NCBI GenBank assembly: GCA_001829125.1
Contig: MIAN01000104.1
Coordinates: forward strand, 1-56,627
Length of the DNA: 56,627 nt
Source of the DNA: Spirochaetes bacterium GWB1_27_13
GTDB taxonomy: Bacteria > Spirochaetota > GWE2-31-10 > MWDO01
Direction: 5' to 3'
In this document: piece after piece, positions 19,210 to 27,827 of the stretch
How the letters are laid out: every line of letters starts with the position of its first letter
Numbering within the stretch: position 1 is the stretch's first letter
The notes under the pieces: model-generated
The model's database searches: none
Told to the model about the DNA's origin: nothing
What the model saw: only the letters and a program-made list of their open reading frames with translations
Position numbers and translations under genes: made by a program

Positions 19210-19842
19210 AAAAGAAGAAATACTTAATTTTGAAGTTTCTTTACATAATTATTCCACCCCAGTTTGGCATAAACTTTTAAAACAGTTTTGCACTTCTTAA
19301 CTAATTATTAATACAACAATTAAAACCCCTTTGTCAATACTAATTCGTTTATTTTTACACTTCCGATAATAGCATAATCACTTCCGTTTTGCTTCAAACC
19401 GTAATTATTGTTTATTTCATACTTTGCGGGTTTGGTTCAGAAAAAGCCGAAAAAGAGACTAACTAACTAAGAATTTGGTTTAAATATTTAAATAAAATAG
19501 GCATCGATATTTAAACCCGTTTAAATCAGCCCATAAAAGGAATTAGATATAAAAGAAATTCAACGATTTTAAACAAGTTAAACTACCTTCAAAGACATGC
19601 AATAGGGGGCAGAAAAGAATGACTAACTAACTGCGTATTGAGTTTCTTCTATTATAATGTGTTATTTTCAGTGTAATACCGACCAACAAAAAAGACTTGC
19701 AATATAAATAAAAAAGAGATAATAATAACAAGTATAGATGCTTTAGAACAAATTTATACAATATCAAAGTCACCAAGAATTTCCAAAGGGATAGAAGAAA
19801 TAAAGATAAAAATTAATAGGGTTTCGTTATAATGGAGGTAAT

Positions 19843-20025
19843 ATGCAAATAATCGAAAAGCCACTTAATGAATTAGATATAAATAGTTTACTTACAGGGA
19901 ATTACTGCGGTTTTTATGACGACACAAAAAAGCAACCAGAACCAAAACAATTTAATTTTCCTGCAAAAAAAGAAATTATAATAATCGGTGGGCGAAAAAC
20001 TATTTTTAATGTCATTTGCGATTGA
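19843..20025 (+). CDS. hypothetical small protein (60 aa)
   Basis: GGAGG 6 nt upstream of the ATG, followed by a hairpin at 20040-20067. Confidence 0.45.
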   Translation: MQIIEKPLNELDINSLLTGNYCGFYDDTKKQPEPKQFNFPAKKEIIIIGGRKTIFNVICD

Positions 20026-20039
20026 TTGTTTTATTAAAG

Positions 20040-20067
20040 TTTAAACACCCTTTAAAAGGTGTTTAAA
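20040..20067. terminator. hairpin between convergent genes
   Basis: TTTAAACACC / GGTGTTTAAA 10-bp stem with an 8-nt loop. Confidence 0.5.
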
Positions 20068-20071
20068 TGAT

Positions 20072-20908
20072 TTAGAAACAAGGTGACATATCATTGATAC
20101 TAAGACTATTATCAAGATAAAAAATATCTTTAGAAACAAAAATCTTATTATCTATGGTAGAAATTAGAAGTTGATATTGCCCTTTTGCTATTATTAGAGG
20201 AAATTTTAGGAATACAGAATAAGAAAGATTTGGCATAACTCGAATAGGTGTTATATCTTCGTCAAAAGTCGAAAGTTGGTTAAATCCATCACTTAGAAAT
20301 ATCTCTTTGTCTGGATATAAAAATGTTATAGGACTATCAGTATTGTTTTCAATAGAGAATAAGACTTCACAATACCCCAATTTTTTATATATCTTGAAAC
20401 TATCAACTGAAATACTAGGAGAGGTTTTGATTTTAGTATTTAAAAACTTCAAAATTAAAGAAAAACTTGAAACAAACTCTGATTTTGGGTATTCTTTCTG
20501 AAGTTCCTTTATTTCTTTTTTTATTTTTTTGTAATAATTAGCCTCTATATTTTCTTTTTTATAAAAATCATAAGAACTCAAACATATATTAAAAATTCTA
20601 TTTAAAATAGTATCATTTTTTAACTCTTTAAATTCAGCTGAATATTGTCCTTTCTCAATAAAAGCAAAAAAGCCAGATAAACTACCTAAAAGGTAAGACC
20701 TATCATAAAGAGAAGTATTAGAATCTTTAGAAACATCATGTTTTAAATAAAAATCATTCAATAAAAAAGATTTTAAGCCTTCACTATCTTTATTTTTTAT
20801 AAAATTAAGTAATTCTTTTCCTTGTTTTTTCAGAATATCCGCTGAAACATCACTAAAAGCATAAAAATTGGCAAGAACAAACATAAAAACAAATAAAAAT
20901 CGTTTCAT
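20072..20908 (-). CDS. hypothetical secreted protein
   Basis: 278 aa with a signal peptide (MKRFLFVFMFVLANFYAFS) and an AAGGAG RBS. Second gene of a two-gene operon. Confidence 0.55.
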   Translation of the reverse strand: MKRFLFVFMFVLANFYAFSDVSADILKKQGKELLNFIKNKDSEGLKSFLLNDFYLKHDVSKDSNTSLYDRSYLLGSLSGFFAFIEKGQYSAEFKELKNDTILNRIFNICLSSYDFYKKENIEANYYKKIKKEIKELQKEYPKSEFVSSFSLILKFLNTKIKTSPSISVDSFKIYKKLGYCEVLFSIENNTDSPITFLYPDKEIFLSDGFNQLSTFDEDITPIRVMPNLSYSVFLKFPLIIAKGQYQLLISTIDNKIFVSKDIFYLDNSLSINDMSPCF

Positions 20909-20932
20909 AAATAAAATTCTCCTTACTTTCTA

Positions 20933-21784
20933 TTAACTTGGTAAAAAATTTTCAATTTTTTCTATTGTTTTATAAAAATCGTCAACTTTCATCTTTGTTG
21001 ACAACTCGATTTCAAACCGTTTGATTAAATCAGCGTAGATTTTGTTATAATTATTTAAAACATATAACTGAAAATTTATCGCAGTCAAAGGATTTTTTAA
21101 ATTAATATGCTTGAATTTATTAAATTTTTCACATAATGCAAGAATTCCAATCGATTTTAATTCTTTATTTTGATAATCTTCTGAAAAATCAGTTGTATCG
21201 TCGAGGATTTGACGCCAAAGTAAATAAAAATAAAAAAAGTCACTCCAAAAAGAATTTTTAATATATTTTGAAACAAAATGATTTATAGTATAAAGAGATG
21301 TAGCAAAACCCAATGTACAATCTGTCCAATTTTCATTAAGTTTTTTTGCATAGTCAATATCTATTTTACCAATAGGTAAAACATTTTGACAATAATAATA
21401 AGGTTCTGTTTTTGCTATCGCTTGACGAATATCTATACTAAGTGCATCAGAGAGCAAAATATACTCAGTGTAACATAAATTCGCAATTGGTAGTTTATTG
21501 CTTTCTTTGTGATCAAAAACACCATCATAAAAAATTCTGCTAAAATAATCTGCGATATTTAAGGTTGTATAGTCAACTAAAACATTTTCATCTATTTTGA
21601 TATTTTCTTCTTTTGCTATAAACTGAAAAAAAGAACAGAATATAAAAAATAAGTTTTTTGTATTTTTTATATCATTTTCAAAAAAGAATTGCTTATATTC
21701 GCCGATTTTAAACTTTTCTATAATACTTGGAGGCAAAACTGCTAATGATTTTTCGATATTTTCAAAAGACTTAATAACAATCAT
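20933..21784 (-). CDS. hypothetical all-alpha protein with a polyprenyl-synthase-like DDxxD segment
   Basis: 283 aa. WRQILDDTTDFSEDYQNKELKS resembles the second Asp-rich motif of trans-isoprenyl diphosphate synthases. No clear first motif. Confidence 0.35.
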   Translation of the reverse strand: MIVIKSFENIEKSLAVLPPSIIEKFKIGEYKQFFFENDIKNTKNLFFIFCSFFQFIAKEENIKIDENVLVDYTTLNIADYFSRIFYDGVFDHKESNKLPIANLCYTEYILLSDALSIDIRQAIAKTEPYYYCQNVLPIGKIDIDYAKKLNENWTDCTLGFATSLYTINHFVSKYIKNSFWSDFFYFYLLWRQILDDTTDFSEDYQNKELKSIGILALCEKFNKFKHINLKNPLTAINFQLYVLNNYNKIYADLIKRFEIELSTKMKVDDFYKTIEKIENFLPS

Positions 21785-21996
21785 CTTTTTATCCTTTCGT
21801 TTTTAGGTTATAACATTATTTAAAATTTAAAACAATATAACAAGAAGATTTTTTACAAAAAAAATTGATTTTTTTCTTTTTATATGCTATTTTTGACAAA
21901 AGAGGAAAAAATGATATTAAGATTGATAAAAAGAAAAGTAAAGAAACTCAAATTTGAAGTATGGGCATAAAACTTCATTCTCAAAAATAGAAATAT

Positions 21997-22029
21997 ATTT
22001 ATTGAAAAAAATATATTTTTTCAATAAAT
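21997..22029. promoter_or_regulatory. 14-bp perfect inverted repeat (operator-like)
   Basis: ATTTATTGAAAAAA-ATATA-TTTTTTCAATAAAT, about 70 nt upstream of the ORF at 22100. Confidence 0.3.
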
Positions 22030-22099
22030 TTGTTGATAAATTCTAAAGATGTGATATATTTAAAACAAAATATTGATTGCGTTTTTAGAGGAACATCAA

Positions 22100-22297
22100 A
22101 TGAAAAAAGACGATATGTCTGAAAAAGAATTTTCTCTTGTGATTGCTTCAGTAGAAGTTTTGAAAGCTGCAACCCCAAATTTAAAAAAACTTCAGCCAGA
22201 ACAGGTCGAAATTTACCTAGGCGATGTTTTAGATAGAATAAAAATTCTAAATGATGATGCTAAAAAGAAAAAAGATAATTATGATAAGGAGGAATAA
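22100..22297 (+). CDS. hypothetical small acidic protein
   Basis: AGAGGA RBS 7 nt before the ATG at 22100. The ORF-track start at 22073 is a non-ATG codon. Confidence 0.45.
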   Translation: MKKDDMSEKEFSLVIASVEVLKAATPNLKKLQPEQVEIYLGDVLDRIKILNDDAKKKKDNYDKEE

Positions 22298-22370
22298 TAT
22301 GTTATTATGGTTAATAAACCTAAAAAAGAAAAAACTCTGTATTACTGAATACGGATGGGGAAGAGAATAA

Positions 22371-22919
22371 TTGAAAGAAAGAACTTTTTTCTGGTGGGTA
22401 GACATTTTCTTTATGGTCTACTCACTTTCTACTTTATTATTTTGTATTCTCTCTGTTTTTTTAAATATAATAAGATGGCATTCTATTATTGACACGATAA
22501 ATTTAATTTGTAGTGTGATTTTAGCTTTTTTGTTTATATTTGCTATCTTTTTAAGAATAAATAAGAAAAAACAATTTTCTTATTTTATCATTTCTATCTC
22601 TTTTTTATCCTATTGTCTTTATTTAACTGCTTTATCTGCTTATTATGATATTATGAATATAATTTTAATTATTTTTTCTATCCTTTCTTTCTTTCTGAAT
22701 ATAAATGCTGAATTTAAAGATAAAAAATCATTTTTTTTAATTGCAATTTTGGGATATTTTATTATTTTCATTCTACAATTTTTTAATATCATTCCAATAA
22801 ATACCGATGAGATACAAACTGATTTTTTTGCTTTTATTGTAAAACTTTTTTATTTTATAGGGATAATTTTTTGTGTTTATATGATATATCATTTTTATAA
22901 AATATTTTCAAATCATTGA
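22371..22919 (+). CDS. hypothetical integral membrane protein (about 6 TM helices)
   Basis: 182 aa and very hydrophobic, with a TTG start. Its 3' end overlaps the convergent repressor gene by 7 nt. Confidence 0.5.
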   Translation: MKERTFFWWVDIFFMVYSLSTLLFCILSVFLNIIRWHSIIDTINLICSVILAFLFIFAIFLRINKKKQFSYFIISISFLSYCLYLTALSAYYDIMNIILIIFSILSFFLNINAEFKDKKSFFLIAILGYFIIFILQFFNIIPINTDEIQTDFFAFIVKLFYFIGIIFCVYMIYHFYKIFSNH

Positions 22920-23488
22920 TGTGCATCTTTAACTTTTATTAATTTATCTTTTATGTCGGTTATAAACTTTTTTGTACCATATTCAATTAGTAAATTTACT
23001 ACCTCTTGAATATCTTCTGGAATACTATCTTTTTTTATTACAACATCTTGTTTTCCTGTTATAATATAGTCTAAATCCACATCAAAAATTTGTTTATATT
23101 TAATTAATATTTCGATTGTAATAGGAATTTTACCATCTTCTATATCATTTAACTCTGTAAAAGAAACTCCTAACATATCAGCCATAGATTGAATACTAAA
23201 CTCTTTTAAATACCGAATTGCTTTTAATCTCTCTCCTATATCTTTTCTTAAATAATATTTTGAAAACATATCTCCTTCGCCAGTCATCACCCATTGAATA
23301 TTTACATTATTTTTTAAAAAATTCTCATAATTATTGGGTTTCATTGAAAAATTAACAGTATCAGAAAAATATTTATTAAGATTTCCAACTTCTATGCCAA
23401 ACATCTGACAAAATTCTACTTTTGTTTTTAACATTTTCTTTTCTTTCAACACTTCATACAAATCTTTAAGTCTTTTCCCTATTGACAT
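22913..23488 (-). CDS. phage repressor with two HTH domains
   Basis: The N-terminal domain ends VNIQWVMTGEGDMF (phage CI-type HTH signature). The second domain is XRE-type (FSIQSMADMLGVSFTELNDIEDGK). Divergent from the early promoter. Confidence 0.8.
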   Translation of the reverse strand: MSIGKRLKDLYEVLKEKKMLKTKVEFCQMFGIEVGNLNKYFSDTVNFSMKPNNYENFLKNNVNIQWVMTGEGDMFSKYYLRKDIGERLKAIRYLKEFSIQSMADMLGVSFTELNDIEDGKIPITIEILIKYKQIFDVDLDYIITGKQDVVIKKDSIPEDIQEVVNLLIEYGTKKFITDIKDKLIKVKDAHQ

Positions 23489-23500
23489 TTATAAAATTCC

Positions 23501-23570
23501 TAATAAATTTATTAAATATTTTAATAAATTTACTATTTTTACTTGACAAAATTAGTAAATTTACTATAAT
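23501..23570 (+). promoter_or_regulatory. early promoter with three operator-like palindromes
   Basis: TTGACA (23543-23548), 16 nt, TATAAT (23565-23570). Operators TAATAAATTTATTA (23501), TAATAAATTTACTA (23522) and TAGTAAATTTACTA (23553), all with core TAAATTTA. Confidence 0.7.
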
Positions 23571-23637
23571 TAACACATAAACTATAAAAAGGCTGTTAGC
23601 CAAACATAGTAACTAAGTATGTGTAAAAGTGAATGGG

Positions 23638-23671
23638 CAGGAGCGGGATAACATCCCCCCTGTTTTTATTT
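23638..23671 (+). terminator. intrinsic terminator-like hairpin in the early leader
   Basis: CAGGAGCGGGAT-AAC-ATCCCCCCTG followed by TTTTTATTT, about 75 nt downstream of the early promoter. Confidence 0.5.
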
Positions 23672-23723
23672 AACTTTAACCTTAGTCGGCACAAAGCCAA
23701 AAAAAGTTTAATTGAGGTTGAGA

Positions 23724-24071
23724 ATGTTTTTTAAAAACAAGGACAATGAAACAAAAAAAGATTTTTTCAATATCTTATTTAATCCTAAAAAAAATCATTC
23801 TCAACTGCAAGGCACAATGGCAATGAATGCCTCAAAAACTTTTGATATAGCAGAATTGATAGAGAAGTTTGAGAAAACTTGTTATGTAAAAGTGTTAGAT
23901 ATACACGGAATTAAAAACGAACAATCTTTTATATACAAGATTACAAACGAAAAAAAATATTCAGCATCAAAAGTTTTTATTTTTTTAAAAGACCAAAATT
24001 TAACATTAATAGATGACAGAATTTCTCACGCAGGAGGAGAATTTTGCGTATCATTCTTGATAAAAGAATAA
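23724..24071 (+). CDS. hypothetical early protein
   Basis: First ORF after the early promoter. ATG at 23724, inside the ORF-track ORF 23712-24071. Confidence 0.5.
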   Translation: MFFKNKDNETKKDFFNILFNPKKNHSQLQGTMAMNASKTFDIAELIEKFEKTCYVKVLDIHGIKNEQSFIYKITNEKKYSASKVFIFLKDQNLTLIDDRISHAGGEFCVSFLIKE

Positions 24072-24160
24072 ATCTCTTTAGAAATATCTAAGAGTTTTTT
24101 TGTTTCAAAGAAAGTTATAGCGATTTCAATCGCTTTAATTCGTATTTCTTGGTCAGTCAT
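24026..24160 (-). CDS. small antisense ORF (44 aa), not in the ORF track
   Basis: AGGAG 7 nt upstream of the ATG. MTDQEIRIKAIEIAITFFETKKLLDISKEIYSFIKNDTQNSPPA. Downstream of a consensus leftward promoter. Confidence 0.35.
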   Translation of the reverse strand: MTDQEIRIKAIEIAITFFETKKLLDISKEIYSFIKNDTQNSPPA

Positions 24161-24228
24161 TGTACTGCTCCTAAAAGTTTTTGAGAATAAAAATGCGATA
24201 AGACCCCCTTACTGCATTTTAAAAATAC

Positions 24229-24258
24229 GCAGGTTTGATAGCCCCCTATCAAACCTGC
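24229..24258 (-). terminator. 13-bp perfect hairpin with a U-tract on the minus strand
   Basis: GCAGGTTTGATAG-CCCC-CTATCAAACCTGC. On the minus strand it is followed by GTATTTTTAAAA. Confidence 0.5.
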
Positions 24259-24266
24259 AACTATAT

Positions 24267-24294
24267 ATTATAAGAGATTAAACGACGTTGTCAA
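24267..24294 (-). promoter_or_regulatory. consensus sigma70-type promoter reading leftward
   Basis: The minus strand reads TTGACA-ACGTCGTTTAATCTCT-TATAAT (16-nt spacer). Confidence 0.6.
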
Positions 24295-24381
24295 TAAAAT
24301 TCTCGATAAACGAGATTTTTATATAAATTGAAAAAAAATAATGGTCATGTAACTTGAGACCATAGATTTGCTCCTTTAATG

Positions 24382-24429
24382 TGCTAATTGCCTGCGTTGC
24401 TTGCAATTAGCATTCTTTTTATGTTTTTT
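24382..24429 (+). terminator. Rho-independent terminator immediately upstream of the transposition genes
   Basis: TGCTAATTGC / GCAATTAGCA stem with an 11-nt loop, followed by TTCTTTTTATGTTTTTT. Confidence 0.7.
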
Positions 24430-24443
24430 GGAAGAGGAAAAAA

Positions 24444-24641
24444 ATGGAAGTATCTATCATAAAATCAGACGAAGATGCAGAAAAAAGTCTATTAGAAACA
24501 GAACAAAATGGATTAAAAAGACACAACATGAAAAATGTCTATTACTCATTTAGACAAAAAGGCTATACACCTTCATTCGCATTCGACCAAATGATAGAAT
24601 ATTTCGACTCAGAACGAGGGATTTATGGAAACGACAAGTAG
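24444..24641 (+). CDS. hypothetical small early protein
   Basis: 65 aa with a GAGGA RBS. Overlaps the transposase start by 17 nt. Confidence 0.5.
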   Translation: MEVSIIKSDEDAEKSLLETEQNGLKRHNMKNVYYSFRQKGYTPSFAFDQMIEYFDSERGIYGNDK

Positions 24642-26475
24642 TAGAATCGTTCTAACAAAAGATTTAGCCTCATCTTTAGGGATGACCCCAGAAGGCTTAA
24701 CAAAAAAAGCAAGACGCGAGGGTTGGAAATATTCTATACAGAACGGGATAGGTCGTGCTGGTAAAACAGTTTCTTACAAATTAGATGATTTGCCAGAAGA
24801 AATTCAAAAAAACTTTCTATTTGTTGAAAAACAAAGAGCCAAAGATATCAATCTTAACCAAATGCCTGAATGGCAAAGACGAAAAGTCATAGATAAAATG
24901 TATCTACTTGACTGCCTTGAAAAAGAGTTTGAAAAACTCGAGAATAGACGCCTTTCAAAAGAAAAAATAATGAAATTATTTATAGAGAGTTTCAAAAAAG
25001 GCAAAATATCAGAAGAAATTTTGTCAAGAAATGGAACATTTGCACTTAGAACGTTACAAGAGTGGCTAAGACAATACAAAGAATATAAAAAAACAAATGA
25101 TATAGATGTATTAGCACCGTCCTACGGTAAAAAAAAAGGAATAATCAAACTAACATCTAGCGACCAAGACTTTTTCATCAAAAACTATAATAATCCAAAC
25201 AGATTACCAATAACTACTGTGTGGACAGCATACAAAAACAAATGCGACCAAGAAAAACGAGAGCCAGTATGTTACAGCACAGCAACAAATTTTATAAGAA
25301 GAATACCTTACATTGCAAAAGTGTTGTATAGAGAAGGCGAAGAAACATTCAAAAAAGAATGCTTACCTCATATCCATAGACGAACGGATGACTTAGTTCG
25401 TAATGAATGGATAACATCTGATGGACACGACTTAAATTTATATGTGATTGACTCTAAAGGAAGAGAGTATAGACCAGTGATAGCTGTTTGGAAAGATATA
25501 GCATCAAGAATCATTCTTGGGTACAATTTTAACAAAACAGAAAACACCGAATTAATTATAGAAACTTTAGCAGATTCAATAAAAAACTATGGAAAACCTC
25601 AAAACATAAAGATTGACAACGGAAAAGCATACAAAAACAAACAAACTCACATAAATAACGAAAAAATTATAGGAACATATAAAATTTTTGGCATAGAAGC
25701 ACCAAGTTTTTCTATTCCATACAATCCTGAAGGAAAAGCAAATGTTGAGAGTTTTTGGAATGTAGTAGACAACTATTTTTCAAAAATTTTTCCAACATAT
25801 TGTGGAAAAAACAAAGATGAAAGACCAAAACATTTAAAAGAAACAATAGAAAAACTAAAAAAAGAAGGCAAAATGCCAACAATTCAAGACCTTTACATAG
25901 AATTTGAGAAATTTGTAAAGTGGTATAACGAAACGAGAGTACATTCTGCAATAGCAATGACACCAAAACAGAAATGGGACTCATATACAAACGAAATTGA
26001 AAAAATCAGTGAAGATAAACTTATTTTCGGGACGGTTCATAGAAGACACGCAACAGTTCAACGTGACGGAATTCTTTTTAACGGACATTGGTACAGAGAT
26101 GCTGAAGGCAAATTGACTAGAGAATATTTCAAAAAAACAAGAAGAAATGAAAAGAAAAAGAAAGTTGTTGTTGGTATCGATATGCATGATTTTTCAAAAC
26201 TATTCATATATACAGACGATGACAAAAACGAGTTAATTTGTGTTGCAGAAAAGAGAAATCTGTCATCTTGGAAGAAAACAAATGAAGCGAACAATCTAAA
26301 TGAACTCAAAGCAATCAAGAAAGAAATCAAAACACAAAAAGAAGCAATAAAAACTTTTGCAGGTTCAAAAGAAAACTTAAAAGATTTGAAAAATTTCTTA
26401 TACAACACAAAAGAAGACACAAACATTCAAAACAAGATAGAAAAAGAAGTTAAACTACCTAAAGGAGTCTTATAA
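24625..26475 (+). CDS. Mu-type DDE transposase (MuA-like)
   Basis: 616 aa. N-terminal HTH region (LASSLGMTPEGLTKKARREGWKY). rve-type core with candidate D (ITSDGHDL), D (IKIDNGKAY) and E (NPEGKANVESFW). Confidence 0.85.
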   Translation: METTSSRIVLTKDLASSLGMTPEGLTKKARREGWKYSIQNGIGRAGKTVSYKLDDLPEEIQKNFLFVEKQRAKDINLNQMPEWQRRKVIDKMYLLDCLEKEFEKLENRRLSKEKIMKLFIESFKKGKISEEILSRNGTFALRTLQEWLRQYKEYKKTNDIDVLAPSYGKKKGIIKLTSSDQDFFIKNYNNPNRLPITTVWTAYKNKCDQEKREPVCYSTATNFIRRIPYIAKVLYREGEETFKKECLPHIHRRTDDLVRNEWITSDGHDLNLYVIDSKGREYRPVIAVWKDIASRIILGYNFNKTENTELIIETLADSIKNYGKPQNIKIDNGKAYKNKQTHINNEKIIGTYKIFGIEAPSFSIPYNPEGKANVESFWNVVDNYFSKIFPTYCGKNKDERPKHLKETIEKLKKEGKMPTIQDLYIEFEKFVKWYNETRVHSAIAMTPKQKWDSYTNEIEKISEDKLIFGTVHRRHATVQRDGILFNGHWYRDAEGKLTREYFKKTRRNEKKKKVVVGIDMHDFSKLFIYTDDDKNELICVAEKRNLSSWKKTNEANNLNELKAIKKEIKTQKEAIKTFAGSKENLKDLKNFLYNTKEDTNIQNKIEKEVKLPKGVL

Positions 26476-26492
26476 AGCCTTGTGGGGGCTTT
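26474..26492 (+). other. small hairpin between the transposase and ATPase genes
   Basis: AAAGCC-loop-GGCTTT followed by an AT/T-rich run. Confidence 0.3.
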
Positions 26493-26516
26493 TAAATATA
26501 TTTTTTGGAGCAATTT

Positions 26517-27446
26517 ATGGCAGTAGAAGAAAAAAATCAAAAAGAATTAGAAAATTTAAGAAGAAGAGTAAAATTATACTTAACATCTAACAAAATGGCA
26601 CAAAATACTTTAGCAGAAAAGTTAGATATTAATAAAAGTGCATTATCAACTACTTTAAGTGGTTCTTATGCTGGAAAGATAGAAGATGTTATAAAAAAAA
26701 TAACAACATTTCTCGACAAAGAAGAACAAAAACTTACAAACAACATCAAAAAAATCGAGTACATTGATACTTCTATCAGTACAAAGATAGAAATCGCAAT
26801 AAGAGAAGCAGAGCAAGACGAAAAAATCGCTGTCATTTTAGGTCCTACTGGGATAGGTAAATCATTCTTTCTCAAACATTTTTGCAATGAAATTGATGCA
26901 TCTGTCATATACATAGAAGCGGATGAGACATACACAATTAAAAGTCTTTTAAATGAGATTAAAACAGTTTTAAAAATTGATGAGAAAATAAAAACAACAT
27001 CTGCATTGATGAAATCAATCACAGAAAAACTAAAAACAACAAAAAGAACAATCGTTATTGACGAAGCAGAAAGACTTTCTATTAAAATCTTATCTGTATT
27101 AAGAAAACTGCACGACAAGGCTGGTGTTGCAATTATTTTTTGTGGATTACCTGTACTTTTTACTGACATAATATCACAATATCAACAGACAGAGCCATTT
27201 CATTCAAGAATTTATAAAACTGACTTAGGCAAATTGACAAAAGAAGATACTACAATTTTCGTTAAAGAAGTTTTACCAAAAATTGAAAACGACCTCATTG
27301 ACTTTATACACCAAATTTCAAAACAAGTAACAGTCTACATTGTGAATATATTACTTCAAATCCAGAGAGAAATGAATAAAAGAGAGACTCAAACAGTTAC
27401 AAAAGAAATCATTATCAAAGCAACGGAAAACTTAGTTATCTTGTAA
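26517..27446 (+). CDS. MuB-like transposition ATPase (HTH + AAA+)
   Basis: GGAG RBS before the ATG at 26517. N-terminal XRE-like HTH, Walker A GPTGIGKS, Walker B IVIDEAE. Directly follows the transposase. Confidence 0.8.
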   Translation: MAVEEKNQKELENLRRRVKLYLTSNKMAQNTLAEKLDINKSALSTTLSGSYAGKIEDVIKKITTFLDKEEQKLTNNIKKIEYIDTSISTKIEIAIREAEQDEKIAVILGPTGIGKSFFLKHFCNEIDASVIYIEADETYTIKSLLNEIKTVLKIDEKIKTTSALMKSITEKLKTTKRTIVIDEAERLSIKILSVLRKLHDKAGVAIIFCGLPVLFTDIISQYQQTEPFHSRIYKTDLGKLTKEDTTIFVKEVLPKIENDLIDFIHQISKQVTVYIVNILLQIQREMNKRETQTVTKEIIIKATENLVIL

Positions 27447-27457
27447 AGAGGATGTTT

Positions 27458-27706
27458 ATGACAATTGAAATAATAACGACTAACGAAATAAAAATTAAAG
27501 AAATATTAGAAAAAGAAGGACTAACTGTTAATAATGTTCAAAAGAGTAAGGTTGGCACTGATATATACCATATAGCAATGCCAATCAAAACAGTAGAAAG
27601 AAAAGCAATAATTGCATTAACAAGAAACAATTTAATTATATACTATTTTTATGAGATACCACAATATGAAACTTCAATTTATGTCGTGAAAGGAGATGTT
27701 GCCTAA
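27458..27706 (+). CDS. hypothetical early protein
   Basis: GAGG RBS 6 nt before the second ATG of ORF 27452-27706. Confidence 0.45.
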   Translation: MTIEIITTNEIKIKEILEKEGLTVNNVQKSKVGTDIYHIAMPIKTVERKAIIALTRNNLIIYYFYEIPQYETSIYVVKGDVA

Positions 27707-27827
27707 TGTATAGATGTAGATGTATTATAGGACATTGGAAGAAAAAGACTATATTTGAACAAATTTTAACAGCATTTAAAAGCGGTTTAAACGCTTTAAT
27801 AACAATAAAAAAGAAATGGAGAAGAAT

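Noticed and set aside
20046-20059. 14-mer CACCCTTTAAAAGG shared with 18280-18293, considered as evidence that the 20-kb region is host-type.
   Set aside because: By my rough estimate (about 3e9 position pairs over both strands times 4^-14), several 14-nt matches are expected by chance in a window this size, more with AT bias. Both copies are just simple hairpin cores.
22299-22370. 23-codon micro-ORF with an AAGGAGG RBS between 22297 and the membrane-protein gene.
   Set aside because: It is too short to evaluate from sequence alone. It may simply be leader sequence.
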